From positions 1 to 37,003 of IMG/VR virus record IMGVR_UViG_3300032253_000016: 37,003 bases of DNA. One strand, 5' to 3'. The stretch comes from a virus (Duplodnaviria; Caudoviricetes). Within the stretch, counting starts at the first letter, position 1, and each line of letters begins with the position of its first letter. The translations under genes and the position numbers were made by a program. Under the pieces are notes generated by a model. The model was given only the letters and a program-made list of their open reading frames with translations. It had not been told where the DNA came from and made no database searches. Positions 26,040 to 34,656 of the stretch are shown in pieces.

Positions 26040-27950
26040 TTATGAGTTAATGCAGAATGACTCAGAATGTCCGATAGCAACATCGGCATCCTGGAACACG
26101 CGTAACACTAAACCACCCGAACTAGCTTTCGCCGCAGTGTCTGGGTTAACGTCAAGTACGCCCCACATACCAATCATTAAGTCTTGCCAGTTACCAAACG
26201 CCATTTCGTTTGCAGCTAATTGGCTGGTAACAGAAAGCGGATGACCGTTAGCCTCGTTGTTGTCCCCCATTAAGAACATACCGCTACCTGCATCTTTTGG
26301 CGTGGTCTTCAAGTTGCCTCGAACACCTGCTGTCGTGACGTAAGCGAGTTTGCCTTGTAGCGCATCATCTGCCGCTACCGCCGTTTCAAAACCAACAAGT
26401 TCAGACCATGTTGGCTTACCTGCTGTCGCGATAGCTTGTGTGTTGATGCCGGTTAAATTAAAGATACCGTGAGGTTGATTATTTGTTCCTGTACCTTTCA
26501 ACGCACCGATATCCAGCGCTAAAGCAGCACCGCGAAGCAATGAGTTTTGTACTAAGCTTTCAACACTTAAGCTAGATTGTTTAAGCAAGCGTCGAGACAT
26601 AGGAACAGCACCAGCCAGTGTCTTTGGTGACATCTTGATTGTGCCAAAGCTACCTTCGCTATCTGGCACATCATCATCATCATCTAACCAATGAAATGTT
26701 GGCGTTAATAGTTCTCGTGGAATTTCAAGATTGCCCATAAGGCCGTCAATGACAGTTGCACCTAAACCCATCACCACTGAATTAGGGCGAAGAGCCTCGA
26801 TGAACATGCCTTCCATGTGTTCCGTTGCAATTAAATCAGCAGCATTGCCTGAGTTAAGAGCACGTGCATGCATCATGTTCAATTGTTGCATTTGCATTTG
26901 GCGAGAAGCGCTAACCATAATGTCTAGCGGTACAAAGAAACCTTTTGCATCACGATCTAATCGTTCAGAAATTTCGCGAGAGCACTCCATTTCAAATGCA
27001 GCTTCCTTTTGCATGTAAGAGTTATCGCCTTCTTTAGCCGCGACCACTGCACGAATAGCTTTAAACAAACTATAGCTACGTGTTTCTTTATCAGACAAAC
27101 CAAGGTCAGCAGCTGCTTCACCTGTACCAGCACGACCTTCATCCACTAAGTTATCTAAAATAGCTTTGCGGAATTCATCAGGTGAGTTGCCATTTTTAAT
27201 ATGAACATCGGCTAAACCGCGCGCACCATGATCAGCAAAACGCTCAGCCATAGACATAATGTCAGCAACACGAGTTCGTTCTGCTTCCCGAGCAGCGTTT
27301 CGCACTTCTTCTACTTTAACCGTTGGAGCAGTAGACGTTGTTTCTGCTGCACGGGTTGTTGATTCCGTGCCGCCTTTATTTTTATCTTTTTCAGACATAG
27401 TTCTTTCCTCAATTTCAATATCAAAATTAAAGGTGGCGGCACGACCGACACCCACGGTTGTATCAGCCGGTATAGGTAACAGGCTAATTTCATACGGTTC
27501 CCAATCAACAGCTCGATATATATCAGTACTATCATCACTGCTTTCCTCAAGAACCACTTTATGGACACGATAACCAACAGAGACATGCACCAACACGCCA
27601 TCTAAAACATCGCGAAATTTTTCATCGGCTAAAGTGGAATTTCCAAAACGAACGAGTGCGGTGCCTCGACGATTTTCAATTTTTACATTTTCGATTACAC
27701 CAATATGTTGTCCCCAGTCATGGAGGAATAACAAAGGTCCGCTATTACGCAACCGCTCTAAACGAACAGAGTCAGGAGAGTGATCAAGTATTTCAATGCC
27801 ATATCCATATCGATGCCATCCTTCAACCTCATCAGTCTCAGAAGAAAATGACAGTTCTACAGTGCGATCTTCCTCATTAACTGACTCACGTTTTAATAAA
27901 AAATTACGCTGAAATAATTCTTTGCTATTAATCGTTTTATTTTTTGACAT
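26040..27950 (-). CDS. Prohead protease-major capsid fusion (HK97 fold)
   Basis: N-terminal ELSFSSE, PLLFLHD, VSVGY and WEPYEISLLPIPAD protease motifs; C-terminal SPKT.AG...SRRLLKQS, G.G....P.GI and FGNW capsid motifs; start ATG 27950. Confidence 0.95.
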   Translation of the reverse strand: MSKNKTINSKELFQRNFLLKRESVNEEDRTVELSFSSETDEVEGWHRYGYGIEILDHSPDSVRLERLRNSGPLLFLHDWGQHIGVIENVKIENRRGTALVRFGNSTLADEKFRDVLDGVLVHVSVGYRVHKVVLEESSDDSTDIYRAVDWEPYEISLLPIPADTTVGVGRAATFNFDIEIEERTMSEKDKNKGGTESTTRAAETTSTAPTVKVEEVRNAAREAERTRVADIMSMAERFADHGARGLADVHIKNGNSPDEFRKAILDNLVDEGRAGTGEAAADLGLSDKETRSYSLFKAIRAVVAAKEGDNSYMQKEAAFEMECSREISERLDRDAKGFFVPLDIMVSASRQMQMQQLNMMHARALNSGNAADLIATEHMEGMFIEALRPNSVVMGLGATVIDGLMGNLEIPRELLTPTFHWLDDDDDVPDSEGSFGTIKMSPKTLAGAVPMSRRLLKQSSLSVESLVQNSLLRGAALALDIGALKGTGTNNQPHGIFNLTGINTQAIATAGKPTWSELVGFETAVAADDALQGKLAYVTTAGVRGNLKTTPKDAGSGMFLMGDNNEANGHPLSVTSQLAANEMAFGNWQDLMIGMWGVLDVNPDTAAKASSGGLVLRVFQDADVAIGHSESFCINS

Positions 27951-29502
27951 CAGACTCATCCTCTTCATTCTTTTTTGCGTTAGTCGTTGCCTTTGGCACA
28001 ATCGGTAACGTTATTTTTTTGTCTTCTAACATTTGTTGAAATTCTGCGATTTCATCTAGCAACTCGTCGATATCTACGCCCAAGGTGTCAGCTGCACGTT
28101 GCGGTGATGTCAAGCCAGCATTAATTGCCATGACAGTTGCTTGAATGTCTTTAAGTGGATCAACCCACGCCCAACGACGACCTTTCCAGTGGTGTTCACT
28201 GAATCTTTCTAATGCAATATCTTGAGGTAAGTTGTCACCAACACGACCATTAAGAACGGCCATGTTTAACCAACGCATAAAGATGACTTCTAATACGCCA
28301 GCGGCAAAGCTATCTTGCTTTACTTTCCAGCTTTCACGTTCTTCTAACGAACCAGAACGAATAGAAGAAAAACTAACCGACTCTAAATCACCCGTTAACG
28401 AGTGATAAGAAACATCTAGCCCCATCGCAATATCATGTTGATTAACTTTTAAAAAAGAGCCGTAAGCTTCATGAGGATACTTTGGGTCAAAGCCTGTAAA
28501 GCCATAACCTTCAGGCAGCATACCGATTGTGCCGGGATCAAACTCTTCAATAAGATCGGTATCATCACCTTCGCCCTCTTGATTATCAGCAACTGCATGA
28601 GCATTACCATCTGGGCTAGTATAAAAACCCATTTTACTTGCACCGGCGCGAGCCGCGACAATTGCCGCTTCTTGATATTCTTCAATATGATTCATTGTTA
28701 ACATCGCGCTACACATCCAGGTAGCAGCACGCAATTGTTCTGGTCGCTCTGAATTGAACCAATGAATTAAATTCTCAGCAGGAACACGCTCATGTTTTTC
28801 ATCGTGATTTATAAGCCCATCACGCTTACCACGTTTCAACCAATACGCTACAGGTCTATTTGCTTGATTCAGCTCAACACCTAATCGAACACGATTACCA
28901 TTTTTTAAATCTTCATTTAAGCGATGGTCAAGACGAGCAGGATCTAACAGCTCAACAACGAAACCCCAGGGGTTTCTTCGCGAAGGTTTAACATCATGCA
29001 TGCGTATTAAGCATTCACCATCACGGGCAGCTGTACGAATAGAAATACGTTCTATTTCTTTAAACGAATGACGCCCGCTAATTTCACAAACACCACGCTT
29101 CGCCCATTTTTTGAATTCGCTTTCAGTTTGTTTATTTCCTTTAGAATCTAATTTTCCATTTTTCTGTTTGCCTTTAACTTGCAAGTTAAAACCATCAGGA
29201 CCAACAATATGAATTTCATTTAAACGAAGGAAGCGGCGAGCAAGGTTACTGTTCTGTTCTTGTGAACGAGCACGAGCGCGTAATATATGAAGTTGAGTTT
29301 TTAGTTCTTGATTAATATCACCGCCAGCAGATAACCAGTCAGCAGTTAAGCGATCTCTATTTGCTGCTTTGAATGCGCGCTTAACTAAACGATGAGGTAA
29401 AGAGTAACGTAAATTACGAGGAGTCGAAGCCACCTTAACAACTTCTTGCTTGGAAGAATTATAAAATGGATTTCTAAGTTTAAGCATTGCATGATTATGC
29501 AA
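27937..29502 (-). CDS. Portal protein, lambda family
   Basis: LRARAR, RDGEC, RLGVELN...RPVAYW, RPEQLR, FSSIRSG.LEER and WAWVDPLKD motifs; start may be ATG 29487. Confidence 0.95.
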   Translation of the reverse strand: MHNHAMLKLRNPFYNSSKQEVVKVASTPRNLRYSLPHRLVKRAFKAANRDRLTADWLSAGGDINQELKTQLHILRARARSQEQNSNLARRFLRLNEIHIVGPDGFNLQVKGKQKNGKLDSKGNKQTESEFKKWAKRGVCEISGRHSFKEIERISIRTAARDGECLIRMHDVKPSRRNPWGFVVELLDPARLDHRLNEDLKNGNRVRLGVELNQANRPVAYWLKRGKRDGLINHDEKHERVPAENLIHWFNSERPEQLRAATWMCSAMLTMNHIEEYQEAAIVAARAGASKMGFYTSPDGNAHAVADNQEGEGDDTDLIEEFDPGTIGMLPEGYGFTGFDPKYPHEAYGSFLKVNQHDIAMGLDVSYHSLTGDLESVSFSSIRSGSLEERESWKVKQDSFAAGVLEVIFMRWLNMAVLNGRVGDNLPQDIALERFSEHHWKGRRWAWVDPLKDIQATVMAINAGLTSPQRAADTLGVDIDELLDEIAEFQQMLEDKKITLPIVPKATTNAKKNEEDESDVKK

Positions 29503-29551
29503 TAGCTATTTGAGACGGTTATATCACTTTTTAAAAAATATTTTTAATAAA

Positions 29552-29612
29552 ACATAACAGTCGCATAAGTCAGACCTCGCTATGCTCGGCTACTTATGAC
29601 TTGGTGTTATAA
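29552..29612 (+). repeat. attC-like site 1
   Basis: ACATAAC agtcg CATAAGT c AG a CC...GG CT ACTTATG acttggt GTTATAA. Confidence 0.78.
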
Positions 29613-29813
29613 GTCACTCGTTATCTTGAAAGTAAACGGCTCATTTGGTTTTTCGTGTTCGCGTATCGCGGCGTCTAGCTCTCGTAAATCTTCAATAATT
29701 TGTGACTCAGCAAATTTTTCTAGGCTTACAAAATAGTTTTTGTTTTTTGTTGAGTCGTTTCCGGTAACTATGTAGCCGTTGTCAATTCGCTCTATTGTTA
29801 CATCAATATTCAT
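29607..29813 (-). CDS. Cassette A hypothetical protein (68 aa)
   Basis: GGAGG RBS; I.IERIDNGYIV motif common in small phage proteins; stop TAA lies within R' of attC1. Confidence 0.8.
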   Translation of the reverse strand: MNIDVTIERIDNGYIVTGNDSTKNKNYFVSLEKFAESQIIEDLRELDAAIREHEKPNEPFTFKITSDL

Positions 29814-29833
29814 CTTGCCTCCGTGGTAACGCC

Positions 29834-29896
29834 TTATAACAAGGCGTTTAAAAATCGGACGCGATAAAGCCGCGCCGTTTAACTAAAACGTTATGT
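29834..29896 (+). repeat. attC-like site 2
   Basis: TTATAAC aaggc GTTTAAA aat CGG A CGCG ataaagc CGCG CCG TTTAAC taaaac GTTATGT; extra T in L'' and extra A in GGAC. Confidence 0.9.
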
Positions 29897-30175
29897 GTCC
29901 TTATGCTGATATAAAACACTTCCATCAACATTAAATATTTTCATTTTCCAATACGGGTGGCAGTTACGAACGCGGCCATCTGAATTAAACTTTACGTTTA
30001 AGTTTGCCGAACCATTGCCGCCAAAAACAACACCTTCTTCTTCGTCAACAGTGCATCGAGTTCCTTTTTTAATTTTCGGCAACCCTCTGTACTCGCATAC
30101 ATCATTAATTGCTGTTTGTGTGTTAGCCACTTTAATCTCCCGCAACGCTACGCGATGCTGTTCGTGTTCACGCAC
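29891..30175 (-). CDS. Cassette B hypothetical protein (94 aa)
   Basis: YRGLP..KKG.R....G.V...L.V.F......HP.W pattern seen in small phage proteins; stop within R' of attC2. Confidence 0.75.
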   Translation of the reverse strand: MREHEQHRVALREIKVANTQTAINDVCEYRGLPKIKKGTRCTVDEEEGVVFGGNGSANLNVKFNSDGRVRNCHPYWKMKIFNVDGSVLYQHKDT

Positions 30176-30209
30176 AAGCTGTCGCTAGTGCTTGGTTAAA
30201 ACTAAAACC

Positions 30210-30267
30210 ACATAACAAAACGCTCAAGAAATGGACGGCTTCGCCGCCACTTAGCTTTGCGTTATAA
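30210..30267 (+). repeat. attC-like site 3
   Basis: ACATAAC aaaac GCTCAAG aaa TGG A CGGC ttc GCCG CCA CTTAGC tttgc GTTATAA; canonical extra C in L'' and extra A. Confidence 0.92.
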
Positions 30268-30365
30268 CTCTTACCAGCAAAGCCGCAATAAAGCGGCTTA
30301 CCGGAAGTTGTCAACCTCTAAGGGCGTTACCCCTGCGTTATCATTTTCTTATCCTCTTGTATGAG

Positions 30366-30425
30366 TTAAAAAAATATTACGTCTTACTTCTTACACCCAA
30401 AAACCCCAATTAAGGGGCGTTATGC
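30366..30425 (+). repeat. Decayed attC-like site 4
   Basis: Intact right end CCCCAATTAAGGGGC-GTTATGC; left end GAGTTAAAAA versus expected GAGTTATAAC at the right spacing (60 bp); inner arms no longer pair. Confidence 0.45.
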
Positions 30426-30716
30426 ACCACATCCACATGGTGATCTTCCTACACCAACATCTACAAACCCTGTTCCGTGACAGTTTTCGCATGAGTCAAC
30501 CCACGCTTCAATTTCACGCCATGTCGATTCATACATAGGCCAATCTTTTTCTACAACAACACACTCAACCTCTGATTTTGCGCCTGTATCAATGTCGGGT
30601 TGTTTTGCGATTGACAGAGCTATAACAATATTTTCTAACTCTTCTTTCGCTTCATCGGTTAAATATTTTTCAATATCTTTACGCTTTAAAACTAAATATC
30701 TATTTTCTCTTTGCAT
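30420..30716 (-). CDS. Cassette D hypothetical protein (98 aa) with C-terminal zinc finger
   Basis: MQRENRYLVLKRKD...CVVVEKDWPMYE..W plus CENCHGTG...CGC; ATG 30716 lies in R'' of attC5 and the stop in R' of attC4. Confidence 0.8.
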   Translation of the reverse strand: MQRENRYLVLKRKDIEKYLTDEAKEELENIVIALSIAKQPDIDTGAKSEVECVVVEKDWPMYESTWREIEAWVDSCENCHGTGFVDVGVGRSPCGCGA

Positions 30717-30771
30717 AAAAAGCCCCTCTAGTTGATTTCTCAGTCGCAACAACTGAGCTTATGAGTTATGT
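30713..30771 (+). repeat. attC-like site 5 (R'' core mutated)
   Basis: GCATAAa aagcc cCTC T AGTTG ... CAACT GAG cttatga GTTATGT; TAAC has become TAAA. Confidence 0.68.
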
Positions 30772-31080
30772 GTGTGTTTTCTCGATTAATATAAAAGATA
30801 AATCAAGATAACTTTTACCGCTTAAGCTCATTGTCCATACCTGCCGATTATGTAGGCGCATTGTTGGACCATCACCAATAAGCTTTAAAGCAAATTTACT
30901 GAGTATCGACTCTATTACATCAAAAGGTGTATCTGGTTGATCGATCCAAGGAACACATATCAAGTCAAAGTCACTCGCCATTGAACCATGAACAGCCATT
31001 GCGTAACCGTGCAATCTGGCAATCTCTGCAAGCTTTGGATACATACTGCAATATAAAGGCGCATAATTAGCTTCTTTCAC
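30766..31080 (-). CDS. Minimal nucleotidyltransferase-like protein
   Basis: GYAMAVHGSMASDFDLICVPW matches the GSx(n)DxD polymerase-beta superfamily motif; GTG start in TAGTG overlap; stop in R' of attC5. Confidence 0.6.
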   Translation of the reverse strand: MKEANYAPLYCSMYPKLAEIARLHGYAMAVHGSMASDFDLICVPWIDQPDTPFDVIESILSKFALKLIGDGPTMRLHNRQVWTMSLSGKSYLDLSFILIEKTHT

Positions 31081-31388
31081 TAAACCCAGTACCATGTTTC
31101 ACGTTCTTCGATCTGAATAATGGTTCTTTCGTGCACGTGATACATCTTTGCTATAGCACACCGCGACAATTCTTTTTTTTCAATATGTGCTTTAATTTCC
31201 TTAACGCTTTTCGTAGTTAGTTTCGCCTGTGGTTTTGGCGCTCGAACACGATGCGTATTCATTGCGCGAAAAAATGTGGCACGAGATACATCAGCTAATC
31301 TTGCCGCCACAGTTCTGTTTAATGTAGCTATATCAAGATACATCATGACTTCACCTTTACTTAAAGCAACTTGTCCAGCAACAGGCAT
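31080..31388 (-). CDS. Double-HTH DNA-binding protein
   Basis: NRTVAARLADVSRATFFR (Fis-like HTH) and AKLT...IAKMYHVHERTI..I..R..W (second HTH). Confidence 0.72.
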   Translation of the reverse strand: MPVAGQVALSKGEVMMYLDIATLNRTVAARLADVSRATFFRAMNTHRVRAPKPQAKLTTKSVKEIKAHIEKKELSRCAIAKMYHVHERTIIQIEERETWYWV

Positions 31389-31597
31389 TAGAATCTCCTC
31401 GTTGTTATATCTGATGGGCTTATGTGATCGTTAATGTCGTAAACAGTGTCTTGCCAATAAAACAATATTTCATCACCATCAATACCGCCTAAAGTTACGC
31501 ATACATAAGACGACCCTGTGTCATAAACGCCAGGAGGTATTTCCCCTTTCATGATTTTATCTTCAAGCGCTCTTTCGATAATCTGGCAGGCATTCAT
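31388..31597 (-). CDS. Hypothetical protein (69 aa)
   Basis: TAATG overlaps with both neighbours. Confidence 0.6.
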   Translation of the reverse strand: MNACQIIERALEDKIMKGEIPPGVYDTGSSYVCVTLGGIDGDEILFYWQDTVYDINDHISPSDITTRRF

Positions 31598-32142
31598 TAT
31601 CTGAATCTCACTTTAACGCTGCGTGGCACGCGATCACCACGTTTAATGGCTGCTTGACGATCTTCGGTCGCTACTTCTGATTTATATTTATCACGCGCCA
31701 TAATTAACTGCTCTGGTTTACGCTCGATGGTTCGATCTCCAAAAGTACCTCGTATCATATCCAAGTCAGCTTTTGTTGCTCGATTTTCTAGAGCAGCTTC
31801 TAATGCTTCTAACATTTTGCGAGCGTGGCTACGTCCATCGTAAGGTGTTCCCTTGGATGGATCAGGCGTTATGATGATGACGCCTTGATTAATCACTTTA
31901 CGTTCATTGGCTGTGTTGGTTACATAAGCTGTCCAATCATATCGGCCTGGAATCCAAGCGGTTGTAACCGACGCTAATAAATTAACAGCATGGTCATCAT
32001 CACTGGCAGACGCATCAAAGTTATAAGCATTTGCTGCATTAAATAATGCGTAATGTAATGTCCATACACTTGCTGGATAATCAGGCAATGTAGCTGTCCA
32101 TTCAGCATTATCACCAACGGCTATTTTTTTTGGTTCACTCAT
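31597..32142 (-). CDS. Head completion / head-tail adaptor protein (gpW-like C-terminus)
   Basis: Follows TerL; DGRSHARKMLEALEA.LE.RA...I.R.....L...RD.YK.EV...V.VRF. Confidence 0.75.
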   Translation of the reverse strand: MSEPKKIAVGDNAEWTATLPDYPASVWTLHYALFNAANAYNFDASASDDDHAVNLLASVTTAWIPGRYDWTAYVTNTANERKVINQGVIIITPDPSKGTPYDGRSHARKMLEALEAALENRATKADLDMIRGTFGDRTIERKPEQLIMARDKYKSEVATEDRQAAIKRGDRVPRSVKVRFR

Positions 32143-34157
32143 TATCTGTTTCCCCCAACGAAACTACCCTTACCACGTTTCTTTCGTGACTTAGGTTTTG
32201 ATTTAGATTGATGTTGTTGCTTTTGTGGTGCATTGATGACTTCTGACTTATCAACTTCTTTTTCTACTTCATCATTTTCTGACTCAGGTGATGAGTCAGC
32301 AAACAAATCTTTAATTACAGGTTGTATCTTGGCTTCAATTTTTTCCCAATCCCTGTCACGTAACATATGCACGCGGACAGCTGGATGACATGCCGCTGCA
32401 AACCCATACACAGTGCAATCAAGCACTTCGTTTCTTATGCTTCTTGGTTTAACCCATTTTTGTTGTGTGGTGTCATAACGCTCAGATGTTAGCTGTATAA
32501 AAAATTCATCTGTCATATCTGAAGGGAAATTGATTCTATACTCAGCAGGTTCAGCATCCGAGTCGGCGTTGAGCTTTGCAAAGATGGCACCTTTAGCTGT
32601 GTCCGTTCCTATATTCCAAAGATCAACACCTGCGCGAATAGTTTTACCACGAACATCAACATCTTTTGCTGACGGTCGTGTTGCAATAATAGGTTTGTTT
32701 TTAAATGAAGAACCTTTCATGGCCAGCACTCGACGATGCTTGCGCGTACGTGCATAGTTGTAAGCCATATGTGTATAGTGGCCGCCTGTATCTAACCCCG
32801 TGGACAACACTTGCATATCAACACCAAACTGATTTTGATATACAACATCTAAAACTTTTTCACCAATAATTTTCCAATCACTTTCAAGGCCAGGATTAAC
32901 GGGGACTTCAAAGTAATCTATTGCCCACATTTTTTCGTTACGTCCCCACCCCCATATAACAACAGCAAAGCGATCATCTTGAACATCGACACCAGCAGTA
33001 AGCATGAGGCAGCCAACAGGAATGGTACGGCTAATGTACAAACCTTTTCTTGCTGCAACATCTTTCCAATCAACACGGCCGCTCTCATCCTTGTACGTTT
33101 CAGCCATTATTGTATTAATATAAGTTTTTTCTTTTTCAGGTTTTTGTTTTGCTTTTAACCTTAACCCTGCAATATCTGCCCATGAATAACCTAAACCAAC
33201 TGGGGCATAATAACTTGGTAAATGAAAACCAGGCACTTCGCTATCTGGGTTATGCGCTATCCATTCGCCGTCATCTAGCATCTTGGTTTTATGATGCTCT
33301 TCAAACGTATGACCTTGCTCACACAAGTAAGTACCATCATCAGTTAGATTTTCGTCTCGCAATATTTGTTTGTGTTGGCAGATAGGACAAGCAACATAGT
33401 AGTGACGTTGATCGGATAACTCGTATTCTTCTGCTATGACTGATTCGTCTTCGGTTGTTGGTGTTGATGTTAAAAGTTCTTTGCGACGAGGAAATGAAGA
33501 TGTACGACGACTAGCAATATCAACGGGATGACCTTCTCCATCAACATCATGAGGATAGCGATCTACTTCATCAAGAAATAAACGACGTACAGGCATTGAA
33601 GATAAAGAAGCAGCACTATTAGAACCTGCAATAACAATAAAACCACCAGGGAACTCTTTCATCGTGGTTGTATTCCCGCTATCACGACTACGAGCAGGTT
33701 TAATTTTATCTTGTAATTCAGGTGTTAAAGTAATCATTGGGTTAAGGCGTTGGCGTGTCCAACGTTTGCCCATTTCAACTGTTGGTTGTACAACCATCAT
33801 CGATGATGGTGACTGGTGTATTGATGAGCCCACCCAGTTGTTACCCGTTTCTGTTTTTCCAGTTTGTGTTCCAAAAATCATCACTACACGTTTGCAAGGA
33901 TGTTCATCACTTAACACTTGCATAGGTTCGCGTAAGTAAGGTGTTCTATCTGTTCTCCACTGCCCGTGCTCTGAAGAACTTTCACGAGGCAAGATACGAT
34001 GTTTATCTGCCCACTCATCAACGGGAATAGGCTCAGGAATTCTCCAACCATCTGCCCATGCTTTAGCAAACACATTACCGCCGTCAGCAACCGAATAAAT
34101 TTCATGCGCTTCTTGAGAAGCAACTTGTTCTGTCGCTTGTGCAGCGGAGCTATTCAT
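32142..34157 (-). CDS. Terminase large subunit, lambda gpA family
   Basis: GQWRTDRTPYLREPM, QTGKTE (Walker A), LFLDEVD (Walker B), TSTPT, LTAGVDVQDDR and RNEVLDC motifs; start ATG 34157. Confidence 0.97.
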   Translation of the reverse strand: MNSSAAQATEQVASQEAHEIYSVADGGNVFAKAWADGWRIPEPIPVDEWADKHRILPRESSSEHGQWRTDRTPYLREPMQVLSDEHPCKRVVMIFGTQTGKTETGNNWVGSSIHQSPSSMMVVQPTVEMGKRWTRQRLNPMITLTPELQDKIKPARSRDSGNTTTMKEFPGGFIVIAGSNSAASLSSMPVRRLFLDEVDRYPHDVDGEGHPVDIASRRTSSFPRRKELLTSTPTTEDESVIAEEYELSDQRHYYVACPICQHKQILRDENLTDDGTYLCEQGHTFEEHHKTKMLDDGEWIAHNPDSEVPGFHLPSYYAPVGLGYSWADIAGLRLKAKQKPEKEKTYINTIMAETYKDESGRVDWKDVAARKGLYISRTIPVGCLMLTAGVDVQDDRFAVVIWGWGRNEKMWAIDYFEVPVNPGLESDWKIIGEKVLDVVYQNQFGVDMQVLSTGLDTGGHYTHMAYNYARTRKHRRVLAMKGSSFKNKPIIATRPSAKDVDVRGKTIRAGVDLWNIGTDTAKGAIFAKLNADSDAEPAEYRINFPSDMTDEFFIQLTSERYDTTQQKWVKPRSIRNEVLDCTVYGFAAACHPAVRVHMLRDRDWEKIEAKIQPVIKDLFADSSPESENDEVEKEVDKSEVINAPQKQQHQSKSKPKSRKKRGKGSFVGGNR

Positions 34158-34656
34158 TAAACATTGCCTCCGCTTCATCTGCTAACTTGTTTGCAACCAA
34201 ACGAATTTCTTTACTTAATGTTTCATGAATTTTTGCCGCGTCAGTTTCAACAGCTAACAATGTTGATAAACGATCTGGTATAGCTAATAAAGACTCTAGT
34301 GCTTGTCGTGACAAAGTAAATGCTGCCATCGCAGTAAGATCTTTTTCAATTAAGCGTCCAGCCATCTTTTCAACTTCTAATGCATTCTTAGCTGTCTTTG
34401 TTATTGTTTCACTAATTCTTGCGTCCAATAGCGTTTTATCTTTATTTGCCGAAGGCTTTTGTTCACGACCACTTCTATCACCTCCTCTAGTTGGATCAAG
34501 TAAAGAATCTAAAGAAGCCTCAGACTTAGCAACATCAACACGGCCATCACTGTTGAACACTAATAAATCTTTTTGTTTGTATTCAGTTACGGTTGCTCGC
34601 GACACGCCACGGAACCGTGCGAACTCAGCTTGTGACATATATTTCTTTCTAGACAT
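34150..34656 (-). CDS. Terminase small subunit
   Basis: N-terminal MSQAEFARFRGVSRATV HTH, coiled coil and L.AIPDRL motif; start ATG 34656. Confidence 0.9.
   Translation of the reverse strand: MSRKKYMSQAEFARFRGVSRATVTEYKQKDLLVFNSDGRVDVAKSEASLDSLLDPTRGGDRSGREQKPSANKDKTLLDARISETITKTAKNALEVEKMAGRLIEKDLTAMAAFTLSRQALESLLAIPDRLSTLLAVETDAAKIHETLSKEIRLVANKLADEAEAMFNE

Larger units (their letters stand above)
29552..30771 (+). mobile_element. Integron-cassette array without integrase (CALIN-like): 5 attC sites, 4 cassettes
   Basis: 58-63-bp imperfect inverted repeats with TAAC...GTTA cores, unpaired left-arm bases, and cassette-end complementarity (see findings). Confidence 0.85.

Noticed and set aside
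29552-30771. CRISPR array or plain terminators as the explanation for the repeats
   Set aside because: The units share structure but not sequence, are separated by whole genes, mostly lack U-tracts, and show cross-cassette end complementarity; no cas genes are present.
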